Source of the DNA: an uncultured bacterium
Lineage (GTDB): Bacteria; Planctomycetota; UBA8108; UBA1146
DNA: 64,000 nucleotides
Direction of reading: 5' to 3'
Assembly: GCA_938075155.1 (NCBI GenBank)
Contig: CALJGL010000011.1
Location: forward strand, 78,992-142,991
Numbering within the stretch: position 1 is the first letter of the stretch; each line of letters starts with the position of its first letter. Below are positions 39,608-47,959 of this stretch, piece by piece. A model generated the notes under the pieces. It did not search any database. It was not told the DNA's origin and saw only the letters and a program-made list of their open reading frames with translations. The translations under genes and the position numbers were made by a program.

Positions 39608-40006
39608 ATGAAACCGATTCGAAAAGCCCGAATCACCAGCCTTATTAAGGAAGAGATCTCCATGATTCTTCAGGGAGAGCTCAAAGACCCCCGGATCGGC
39701 TTCGTTTCGGTCTTGGGGGCCGAACCCACGATCGACCTCAAGGAGTGTAAAATCTTCGTGTCGATTTTGGGATCAGAGAGTGAGCAACGAACTTCTCTCA
39801 GAGGGCTCGAGGCTGCCCGCGGTAGAATCCAGGCGCTGCTTCGTTCTCGTGTCCGCTTGCGAGAGACTCCCATCCTCAAATTCATTCTCGATGAGAGTTA
39901 CAAAAAAACTCTCGATATTGAGGATAAGATTCGCAAGGCACGGGAAGAAGATGAGGCGGCGGCAGAAGAGAGAGATTCAAGAGCCGATCAAGATTCGGCA
40001 AACTGA
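39608..40006 (+). CDS. rbfA: Ribosome-binding factor A
   Basis: 132 aa, KIFVSILGSESEQRTSLRGLEAARGRIQALLRSRVRLRETPILKFILD. Follows infB with a 3-nt gap. Confidence 0.85.
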   Translation: MKPIRKARITSLIKEEISMILQGELKDPRIGFVSVLGAEPTIDLKECKIFVSILGSESEQRTSLRGLEAARGRIQALLRSRVRLRETPILKFILDESYKKTLDIEDKIRKAREEDEAAAEERDSRADQDSAN

Positions 40007-40008
40007 CT

Positions 40009-41511
40009 CTATTCTGAAGTTTCGTTCCCCTCAACGATGACGCATCTATCTTTTCCACTTCTCTTGGCTTCATAAAGGGCCGAGTCTGCCTCGTCTAAAA
40101 GAGATTCGGCATTGAGCCCGTCACGCAGCTGTGTCACCCCGAGAGACAGAGATAGACGACTCGCTTCCGCAGCCCGCCCATCTAAGAAGGGATGCGCCCT
40201 GAAAGCCTGCAGGAGCTCCTCCGCTTTATTTTTGACGTCTTCGATAGAGGAACCGGGCATGATCACGACAAACTCATCACCCCCATAGCGGCAAAGGTGG
40301 TCACTCTCTCTGAAATGATCCTTCAGAAATTGGCCCACTTCTACGAGAAGCTGATCTCCCACTAAATGTCCCAAGACATCATTGATCTGCTTAAATCCAT
40401 CCAGATCAGTGAAAAGCAAACCCAAAGGTTTTCCCTCACGACGCGATCGTAGAACTTCTTTTTCTAATTGAGAAGTGAGATGAAGCCTGTTGGAAATTCC
40501 AGTCAAAGGATCCATCAGCGCCTGTTTCTCCAACTGTTCATGGAGTTGCAGGTTTTGAAGAGTCAGGGACAGAACCTCAGCGATAGTACCGAGAACCTCT
40601 TCATGCCATTCCATCAAGAGTGGAGCTTCTTGAAGAAGTTGAAGCTCCCGCGGATCGACTCTGAGCTCTAAGACGCGATCAACAAGTCCGCTTCCTGTCA
40701 CTAGAGGCAATGACCTGAAAGCAGCGTCTTCGGTATCAGGGAGCTCGTGATGCTGAGGATCAACATCTTCAGCACCCCAGATCAGTTCCCTTTGATCTTC
40801 GTCTGTTTTCCAGAAACTGACAGAGCGGTACCCCAGACCTTCTGAGCTGAGAAGTTGACCCGCACGAGAATAGAATTCTTGTTCCTCGGTCACTCCAATC
40901 AGCAATGTTGAGAGTCTCGGAGCCATTCGAATCTTTTCGGTGAGGTGAAAAATACGCAACGAAGTTCGTACCGCTTCTGAAGCTCTTTTCCTCTGTTCCT
41001 GCATCTGTTTTTCGAGACCGATGCCGCTGTCTTCCAACACCTTGAGGCGATATACCCAGCGCTCTTCTCCGAATGGGCTTAATCTTCGTCCCCCAATAAT
41101 TGCGACAGATCTCCAAGAGTCGCGATCCCGAATTTGAACCATCACCGGAACTGGGTCAGATTCGCCATCTCCCCCTAATGATAAGAGGCGATGGCGATCA
41201 TTCTCATGAATCCATTCCGTCACAGGTCGATCTCTCAAATCACCCTGCTCAGAGATGCCCACCAGGTCCATAAAGGCCCTGTTCACGGCGAGTAATTTCC
41301 GGGACGGCCCGCGGGCCACAATCAGAGGATCGGGAAATAGATCGAGAAGAAGTCGAGATTCTCCCGGATCGGGAGGAAGAGGCCAGTCCCCAGGTCTAGA
41401 AGTCAGGGTGTTATGAGACATTTCGCCATCTTTCCGATCCTGAGGCGGGAGAGATGACCCGCAGAGAAAGATATCATGGTGCTCAAAATACTGCCCCTCC
41501 GGTGGCTTCAC
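40009..41511 (-). CDS. Diguanylate cyclase (N-terminal PAS/GAF-like sensory region plus GGDEF domain with intact I-site)
   Basis: GISNRLHL...LLFTDLDGFKQINDVLGHLVGDQLL...RESDHLCRYGGDEFVVIMPG: catalytic GGDEF and the RxxD I-site are both present. Confidence 0.85.
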   Translation of the reverse strand: MKPPEGQYFEHHDIFLCGSSLPPQDRKDGEMSHNTLTSRPGDWPLPPDPGESRLLLDLFPDPLIVARGPSRKLLAVNRAFMDLVGISEQGDLRDRPVTEWIHENDRHRLLSLGGDGESDPVPVMVQIRDRDSWRSVAIIGGRRLSPFGEERWVYRLKVLEDSGIGLEKQMQEQRKRASEAVRTSLRIFHLTEKIRMAPRLSTLLIGVTEEQEFYSRAGQLLSSEGLGYRSVSFWKTDEDQRELIWGAEDVDPQHHELPDTEDAAFRSLPLVTGSGLVDRVLELRVDPRELQLLQEAPLLMEWHEEVLGTIAEVLSLTLQNLQLHEQLEKQALMDPLTGISNRLHLTSQLEKEVLRSRREGKPLGLLFTDLDGFKQINDVLGHLVGDQLLVEVGQFLKDHFRESDHLCRYGGDEFVVIMPGSSIEDVKNKAEELLQAFRAHPFLDGRAAEASRLSLSLGVTQLRDGLNAESLLDEADSALYEAKRSGKDRCVIVEGNETSE

Positions 41512-41569
41512 CGACTCCTCTCTGATAGGTTCAAATCAGAGTTTTTGGCCCCAGAAAGGTGTTCTGACG

Positions 41570-42400
41570 TTGTTGGACGTATTCAAAGAGTCGATCAGGA
41601 TTCTCGAATCCGGCCGAAGAGCGGCTCTTGCCACGATCATTTCCACGACAGGATCAACACCCGGCAAAGATGGTGCCCGGATGTTGATCCGTGATGACGG
41701 AACCACTGTGGGAACCGTAGGCGGTGGTTGCTCCGAATCCGATATCTGGCGCAGTGCGATGGAAGTCATCGCCACCGGTCGGCCAAGAAGAGAAAAACAT
41801 CGACTGACAGCCGCAACTGTTGCGGAAACTGGCTTACTTTGCGGAGGAGAATTCGAAGTGTATATCGAACCACTAGGATCGCCTTGGGTCATCATCCTCG
41901 GAGCTGGACACGTGGCTCGTGCTCTGGAGTCGGTCCTCTCCACCCTGCAATGGAGAATCAGTGTCATCGACGATCGAGAGGAGTTTGCCTCAGACCAACA
42001 CTTCTCAGAATCCACTGAGGTGACCTGCGTTCCTTTTGAAAACTGCCTCGACCAAATGGAAATCACCGCAAACTGTGCCATCGTCGTCGTCACTCGTGGA
42101 CACCAACATGATGAACTCGCAATTTCCAGATCCCTTCTGACGCCTGCTGGATACGTAGGATTGATCGGGAGCAAAGGAAAGGCGGGAGCCATCATGAAAA
42201 ATCTCCGTGAGCAGGGCTGTGACCCGGAAGAACTCTATCGTGTGAGATCCCCTGTAGGTCTCCCTATCGGCTCTCAATCCCCTGAAGAAATCGCTATCTC
42301 CATCTCTGCCGAGTTGATCGCCCACCACAGAGGACTTCTGGATCCACCCCAACCTCCCTCTGGGAGAGCAAAAAAGAGTGCTTCACAGCCGACTGAATGA
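41570..42400 (+). CDS. XdhC/CoxI-family protein (molybdenum-cofactor insertion/accessory; XdhC N-domain plus Rossmann-like C-domain)
   Basis: AALATIISTTGSTPGKDGARMLI...GGG and WVIILGAGHVARALESV match the XdhC family as I recall it. No cognate xdhAB gene is in the window. Confidence 0.65.
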   Translation: MLDVFKESIRILESGRRAALATIISTTGSTPGKDGARMLIRDDGTTVGTVGGGCSESDIWRSAMEVIATGRPRREKHRLTAATVAETGLLCGGEFEVYIEPLGSPWVIILGAGHVARALESVLSTLQWRISVIDDREEFASDQHFSESTEVTCVPFENCLDQMEITANCAIVVVTRGHQHDELAISRSLLTPAGYVGLIGSKGKAGAIMKNLREQGCDPEELYRVRSPVGLPIGSQSPEEIAISISAELIAHHRGLLDPPQPPSGRAKKSASQPTE

Positions 42401-42620
42401 TCAGCGTCCATTGCCCACGGCCTTCCCTCCGCTTAGAATCCTCGCCTGAAGGCAGTTACATCTGGAGTCCTGCCCTTTACTTTCGAGACATTTTGGGGAG
42501 TCGGGCCCTCATGCCCCCCCATTTGATCAACTGTGGGGCAAGTCAGGCTTTGACCTGATATTCGCACCCTGACCTGAAGACCTCCTCTACTCCGGGAAGT
42601 CTCCTCTGGAAGGAACCCTG

Positions 42621-43868
42621 ATGTCGGCCAAGACCGCATCCGCAAGCAGTACCACCCCGTCCAAGCCTCCCAAAGGCGGGAGTTTGTCATCGATCGTGGA
42701 AACCGCTTATTCGAACAATTCGACTCTCAAAGAGATTCAGGACCTGAACGTCATCGACTTGATGATGATCGGAGCATTGTCCGCCCGAATGTCGCTCAAA
42801 GAAGTCCTCAAAACATGGGATCTCTTCAAGACGCAATTCGTGGATTGGAACGAATTCAGGATCTCCTCTGCCGCGGAACTCGCAGATACTTTTCCAAAAG
42901 CAGATGATCCTCTGAAACTGGCGATTCAATTGAAAGAAATGCTCACAAGTATCTTTCATATAAGACACCAGGTCAGTCTTGAGTTTCTAAGAGACAACAC
43001 TGTTGCTGAAACTCGAGAGTTCTTCAAAAGATCACCCGGCGTTCCTGATCTCTCCAAACTCCTCATCCTTGCAGCCGTCAAAGAACAAAGTGTGGTGCCA
43101 CTCGAAAATTGGGCACAGGGAGGTCTCGTCCGATCGGGACTTCTTTCAGCAACAAAAACTTCTCCACAGAGGCAAAAAGATCTCTTTGAAGAACTCGGTG
43201 ATATTCCTCTGGTACACGCCGTGCTCGCACTTCACGACGAAGCGAGAAATTACCCGGATCCAGCGATCGAAATTGCACGAAAGAAGAAGGCTGAAGCGGA
43301 GAAAAAAGCAGCGAAGAAGGCTGCAGAGGCCGCACGCAAAGAAGCCGCCAGAATCGCTGCGGAGGAAAAGAAAGCAATAGAAGCCGAGAGGGCTCGCGTC
43401 GCTGCGGAAAAGAAAAAAATCGAAGCTGAGAAGAAAAAGGCGGCAGCGGTGAAGAAGGCTGCAGCTCTGGCAAAGAAAAAAGTGGCGGATGCCGCTCGTA
43501 AAAAGGTAGCTGCGGAAAAGAAAAAACTCGCAGCCGCTAAGAAGAAAGAAGCGGCGGCTAAGAAGAAAGAAGCGGCGGCCAAGAAGAAAGAAGCGACTGC
43601 CAAGAAGAAGGCCGCTAAGAAAAAAGTAGTGAAGAAAGCGACGAAAAAGATCGCCAAAAAGACGGCGAAGAAGGTGACCAAGAAGACTGCCAAGAAGGCC
43701 ACTAAGAAGGCTGCCAAGAAGGTCACTAAGAAGACTGCCAAGAAGGTCACTAAGAAGACCGCAAAGAAGGTCACTAAGAAGACCGCCAAGAAGGTCACTA
43801 AGAAGACTGCAAAGAAGACCGCAAAGAAGACCGCGAAAAAGGGCGCCAAGAAGACTTCACGGAAATAA
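42621..43868 (+). CDS. Histone-H1-like / nucleoid-associated protein: ~200 aa globular N-terminal domain plus ~210 aa Lys/Ala-rich repetitive tail
   Basis: The C-terminal half is (KKAAE/AKKK)n followed by about ten tandem TAKKVTKK octapeptides, like the eukaryotic H1 or chlamydial Hc1/Hc2 tails reported in PVC bacteria. The N-terminal domain has possible helix-hairpin-helix character (LMMIGALSARMSLKEVLKTWDLF). Confidence 0.7.
   Translation: MSAKTASASSTTPSKPPKGGSLSSIVETAYSNNSTLKEIQDLNVIDLMMIGALSARMSLKEVLKTWDLFKTQFVDWNEFRISSAAELADTFPKADDPLKLAIQLKEMLTSIFHIRHQVSLEFLRDNTVAETREFFKRSPGVPDLSKLLILAAVKEQSVVPLENWAQGGLVRSGLLSATKTSPQRQKDLFEELGDIPLVHAVLALHDEARNYPDPAIEIARKKKAEAEKKAAKKAAEAARKEAARIAAEEKKAIEAERARVAAEKKKIEAEKKKAAAVKKAAALAKKKVADAARKKVAAEKKKLAAAKKKEAAAKKKEAAAKKKEATAKKKAAKKKVVKKATKKIAKKTAKKVTKKTAKKATKKAAKKVTKKTAKKVTKKTAKKVTKKTAKKVTKKTAKKTAKKTAKKGAKKTSRK
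43290..43860 (+). repeat. Coding tandem repeats (24-nt units such as actaagaagactgccaagaaggtc, and degenerate aagaagaaagaagcggcggct units) encoding the K/A-rich tail
   Basis: Direct reading. They generate spurious long ORFs on the opposite strand (43250..43849). Confidence 0.8.
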
Positions 43869-43934
43869 TCTCACTGGACTTGGACAGTCGGATCACCCTC
43901 GAGGCCAGATCCAAATCCTTGAAGGGACGGAAGC

Positions 43935-44687
43935 GTGGCAGGACATTCCAAATGGGCAGGGATCAAGCATAAGAAAGCGGCCAATGATGCTAAACGCGGT
44001 AAGGTCTTTAGCAAACTTGCAAAGTTAATCACTGTTGCAGCTCGAGATGGTGGAGGCGACGTTCATGGAAACCCCCATCTCAAGCTCATGGTCGATAAAG
44101 CAAAAGCGGCGAATATGCCCAATGACAACATCGACCGTGCCATCAAAAAGGGCACCGGCGAGTTGGCTGCAGAGATCTTGCACGAGTTGGTTTATGAGGG
44201 CTATTCCCCAGGACAAGTAGCACTGGTGATTGATATTCTGACCGATAATAAAAATCGAACAGCCAGCGAACTTCGGAAGTTGTTTGATAAAAAGGGAGGC
44301 TCACTCGGAAGCCCTGGATCAGTCTCATGGATGTTTGAAACCCGGGGAGTGATTGAATTGCCCGACGGGTCCATCAGTGAAGAAGATCTTTTCGAACTGG
44401 CGATCGAAGCGGGCGCAGACGATGTCAAAACAGAAGAAGGCCATCTTCAAATCTTGACCAGTCCGACATCTTTCACTGAAGTTCGTCAGGTCATCACGGC
44501 TGCTAATCTCGAACCGAGTTATGCCGAAGTCACCCGAATCCCCACGAGTACTGTTTCTATTGAGGACGAAAAGACTGCGACAAAAGTTCTGAATTTCATT
44601 GCCGAGGTCGAAGACAACGACGACGTTCAGAATGTGCATTCCAATCTGGACATTTCACCAGACCTATTGGAGAAACTGTCGGGTTGA
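43935..44687 (+). CDS. YebC/PmpR-family probable transcriptional regulatory protein
   Basis: GTG start. MAGHSKWAGIKHKKAANDAKRGKVFSKLAKLI is the invariant YebC N-terminus. 250 aa. Confidence 0.9.
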   Translation: MAGHSKWAGIKHKKAANDAKRGKVFSKLAKLITVAARDGGGDVHGNPHLKLMVDKAKAANMPNDNIDRAIKKGTGELAAEILHELVYEGYSPGQVALVIDILTDNKNRTASELRKLFDKKGGSLGSPGSVSWMFETRGVIELPDGSISEEDLFELAIEAGADDVKTEEGHLQILTSPTSFTEVRQVITAANLEPSYAEVTRIPTSTVSIEDEKTATKVLNFIAEVEDNDDVQNVHSNLDISPDLLEKLSG

Positions 44688-45161
44688 TCAGTTCCCGATC
44701 TGGTTATCCACTCGCTGGAAGAAAAAGTCTCTGAAATCCCTAATCGGGGTGCGCTCAGTGAATGATTCGTCCAGTTCATGCCAGTATCGGACTTCCTCGT
44801 CCCCAGGTCTCCAACAGAGGAAGACCTTACGCCCAACATATAATGTGGGGAAGTTGATCACTCCTCGCTTGAACTCCTGAACGAAGCAACCCAGATCTTC
44901 GATTTCTCGAATGTATCCATTTATTCGATCGATACATGCATTCAGATCCTGCTTAAGGCTCTGAGCTGTTCCTTGAAGATCGAGACCCTCCTCATGGGTC
45001 GGATTCTTCTCTAAACACTCCAATTCGGTTCTCTTTTGAATGATAGAGTCCCAAATTCTAACGATATCCTCGACGACATTCTGTACCAAGGGCAACATCT
45101 TGTTGGCCTCGTCAATGGTAACGAGACGGCTTTGATTAGCTGTATTACTGACGGGTCTCAT
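44688..45161 (-). CDS. Conserved hypothetical cytosolic protein (DUF2203-like)
   Basis: 157 aa. Its stop abuts the YebC stop (TGA|TCA). The C-terminal FLCWRPGDEEVRYWHE-like motif recalls DUF2203; this is from memory and low certainty. Confidence 0.5.
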   Translation of the reverse strand: MRPVSNTANQSRLVTIDEANKMLPLVQNVVEDIVRIWDSIIQKRTELECLEKNPTHEEGLDLQGTAQSLKQDLNACIDRINGYIREIEDLGCFVQEFKRGVINFPTLYVGRKVFLCWRPGDEEVRYWHELDESFTERTPIRDFRDFFFQRVDNQIGN

Positions 45162-45409
45162 CTCGATCTCCCTACATTTGTGTTTTGAATCTAAGAGTCA
45201 TGTGGCAAGAGCCATGCCAGCCTTTGAGAGCCCCATCTGGAAAAATACTCGTCAGCAGTTCCATTTCTGAACGCTGAAGGCCTCGCATGTCTACGGATTG
45301 GACGTTGTCACCGGTTGACAGGGGCCGTTCAGGACTCGATAACCACCACAAGGGGAATGACTGATCCATAGAGCCTTTTTATAGAGATCTGGAGGTCTGT
45401 TTCCCATAC

Positions 45410-47947
45410 TTGAGGCAGGAGTCCGTTTTGACAGAAACAAAGAGCTATACACAGCATCGTGTACAGAGCTTCACAAAGAACATGACAATGTGCTGCAGCG
45501 GGGTACTGACCCCCATTCATAAGGGAGACCTCCAAACGGACGCCTCCAGATGGATTCTTCGTATTCTGCCCACGTTACTCATTCTGGGTTTGTTTTCTCT
45601 TCTCCAAGCAGTCTCAACCCCACCTCTCTCTGCACAGACCTCCCAAACGTTCCCCAATGACACTCCCCCAGAAGATTCAAGAGTCGCCGAGATTCGGATT
45701 GAGGGGCTCGACCGTTTGGGAACCGCTGAAGTCTTGACTCGATTGAAACTAAAACCAGGATCGATATTTTCGGCTTCTGCACTCGATGCGGATTATCGAC
45801 GACTTTGGGCGAGTGGAGATTTTGTATCTATCTCTCCCCCTAGTATTCGCTCCCTGCCCGAAGGTGTATTGATCACCATTCGGATAGAGGAAAGAAAACC
45901 AGTCAAACAAATATTTATCGAAGGTAATGACTCTCAGTCTGACAAAGTTCTGCTCGGCGCAATACAGACTCAAATTGATGAGCTCTACGACCCATTGGTC
46001 GTGAAAGAAGATGTGGAAGTCATTCGAAGTCGATTGCTCGAGAACGGTTATCCGTTCGCAAAGGTGGGTAGCCGACTTGAGGGTACCCTATCTTACCCGA
46101 TTGTAATTTTCGAAATTGAAGAGGGCCCTCAAGTATTGATCAGGTCCATCGGGTTTCTTGGAGAAGGCAGTATTTCCGTCGATGAAATACTCGCCATCAT
46201 TCAACTTCATCCCCGTGAGTTCATGGGCATCTTCAAGTCTGGGAAATTTGATCCACGCTTGCTGGACTCAGATCTTCGCCAGATTCGTGAATATTACTTC
46301 CTCAAGGGTTTCTTCGATGCTGAGGTTACACTTGAAAGACAAGAATTTTCGCAAGAACTGACACAACTGCGCCTCGTGATCGCCATCGACGAGGGTCCCC
46401 GATATCAAATTGGGCAAGTTGAATTTGATTTCAACGAGACTCCCATCTTTACCAGCGAAGAACTCCGAGAAGTCATGACTGTTGATCACGGTTCTGAATG
46501 GGATGGCGAAAAGATCAAGAATGACGCTGAAGCCATTCGCAAACTCTTCAGTGATAACGCATTCATCGACGCCACGGTGAATCCAACAGTGATCTATCCT
46601 CTCGAAGGCAATGACGTCACTCTCAAGTATGTCATTTCCCAAGGAAGCAAAGTGAGCGTTGGAGAAATCGACATTCGGGGAAATCGTTCCACAAAAGATG
46701 AAGTGATCCGAAGGCAACTAGAGATTTATCCAGGAGAAGAATTCCAACCTTCACAGATTCAAGACAGTCTCAGTAATCTTTATCGATTGCAGTACTTCAA
46801 TCAGATACGCCCCTATTTCGACTCCAGTGGAGCAGCCGGTGACCGACCGGTCGTCTTTGAGTTGTCAGAGGGAAGTACTGGCCGAGCACTCTTTGGAGTG
46901 GGTTACTCCACCAGTACAGGGATCCTTGGAAACATCGCCATCGAGAAGAAGAACTTCGACATTCAAGATTGGCCCACCTCTCTCTCTGACCTCCCTGGAT
47001 CTTTCACAGGTGCAGGACAAAGGCTGATTCTGGAAGCTCAACCCGGAACCGAATATTCCAGATATAGGCTTCAGTTTTTCGAACCCTATCTGTCGGGATC
47101 TGATAACTCATTGAAAGTTTCAGCATTTCGGTCCGTATTGCTAAGATCGAATTACACAGAGGACCGTAATAGTGCAGGCATCACATTGGGACGCCTCTTT
47201 GATCGAGAAGAGAAACTAAGAGGTGAAATCGGATTCCGTGTCGAAGGGGTCACCGTTGAAAATATTTCCTCCACAGCTCCCTCGGTGATCACTGATAGTG
47301 CCGGAAAAACTCCCGTGAATGCTCTCGACTTCAGATTTGATTGGGACCGTCGAGTCTTTCGACCCGACATTGGAGCGGTCAATGGCTGGAATTTCGAATC
47401 CACATACAGTCGATCAGGTGGGTTTCTCGGTGGAGACTTGGATATCAACAAAGTTGATTTGAGTTATGGCTGGTTCAAGACAGTTTTCCAAGAAACCGAC
47501 GAGATGCGACATGTCTTTGCATTCAAAACAGCACTCGGGTATGCACACGCCTATGACGACACTGATTTTATACCGATTTTTGAACGCTATTTCTTGGGTG
47601 GTCCCCGAAGCCTTCGAGGATTCGACTACAGGGGAGCAGGCCCCACCGAGGATGGTGTAGAAATCGGCGGAACGATTCGGCATTACGGTTCCCTAGATTA
47701 CACATGGCCTCTCTTAGAAAACAGCATGAGAGGTACAGTGTTTGCTGATTTCGGAAACCTGTCAGAAGATATCAACAGCTTTGAATTTGACGAGTATCGG
47801 TTAGGTGTCGGCGGAGGAATCATCCTTTATGTTCCTCTTTTTGGTCAGAGATTACCCATCTCCATCACTTGGACAGAAGCAATACTGAAACAAGATAGCG
47901 ATGATACACGGGAGTTTTCATTCGACCTCGGCTGGGTACTTCGCTAA
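45410..47947 (+). CDS. bamA: Outer-membrane protein assembly factor BamA (POTRA repeats plus 16-strand Omp85 beta-barrel)
   Basis: Signal-like region ILPTLLILGLFSLLQAV, multiple POTRA-like units (IRIEGLDRLGTAEVL...; IGFLGEGSISVDEIL...; IRGNRSTKDEVIRRQL), and a C-terminal barrel ending ...DLGWVLR with the aromatic/alternating pattern. Start could be an internal Met near 45482. Confidence 0.8.
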   Translation: MRQESVLTETKSYTQHRVQSFTKNMTMCCSGVLTPIHKGDLQTDASRWILRILPTLLILGLFSLLQAVSTPPLSAQTSQTFPNDTPPEDSRVAEIRIEGLDRLGTAEVLTRLKLKPGSIFSASALDADYRRLWASGDFVSISPPSIRSLPEGVLITIRIEERKPVKQIFIEGNDSQSDKVLLGAIQTQIDELYDPLVVKEDVEVIRSRLLENGYPFAKVGSRLEGTLSYPIVIFEIEEGPQVLIRSIGFLGEGSISVDEILAIIQLHPREFMGIFKSGKFDPRLLDSDLRQIREYYFLKGFFDAEVTLERQEFSQELTQLRLVIAIDEGPRYQIGQVEFDFNETPIFTSEELREVMTVDHGSEWDGEKIKNDAEAIRKLFSDNAFIDATVNPTVIYPLEGNDVTLKYVISQGSKVSVGEIDIRGNRSTKDEVIRRQLEIYPGEEFQPSQIQDSLSNLYRLQYFNQIRPYFDSSGAAGDRPVVFELSEGSTGRALFGVGYSTSTGILGNIAIEKKNFDIQDWPTSLSDLPGSFTGAGQRLILEAQPGTEYSRYRLQFFEPYLSGSDNSLKVSAFRSVLLRSNYTEDRNSAGITLGRLFDREEKLRGEIGFRVEGVTVENISSTAPSVITDSAGKTPVNALDFRFDWDRRVFRPDIGAVNGWNFESTYSRSGGFLGGDLDINKVDLSYGWFKTVFQETDEMRHVFAFKTALGYAHAYDDTDFIPIFERYFLGGPRSLRGFDYRGAGPTEDGVEIGGTIRHYGSLDYTWPLLENSMRGTVFADFGNLSEDINSFEFDEYRLGVGGGIILYVPLFGQRLPISITWTEAILKQDSDDTREFSFDLGWVLR

Positions 47948-47959
47948 GAGAGCAGTCGT

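Noticed and set aside
42391-42410. Shared 12-mer tgatcagcgtcc at 42397 and 61327
   Set aside because: An exact 12-mer match is expected by chance many times in a 64 kb window analysed on both strands. There is no extended similarity.
36858-43860. Tandem direct repeats considered as possible CRISPR or other non-coding arrays
   Set aside because: The units are 12-24 nt, contiguous without spacers, and in frame inside infB and the H1-like gene. There is no repeat-spacer architecture and no cas genes.
44685-44690. Stop-to-stop TGATCA junctions between convergent genes (also 61327..61332; TTAA overlap at 29530..29533)
   Set aside because: These are palindromic shared stop codons of convergent genes in a compact genome. 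They are noteworthy for lack of terminator space but not a distinct element.
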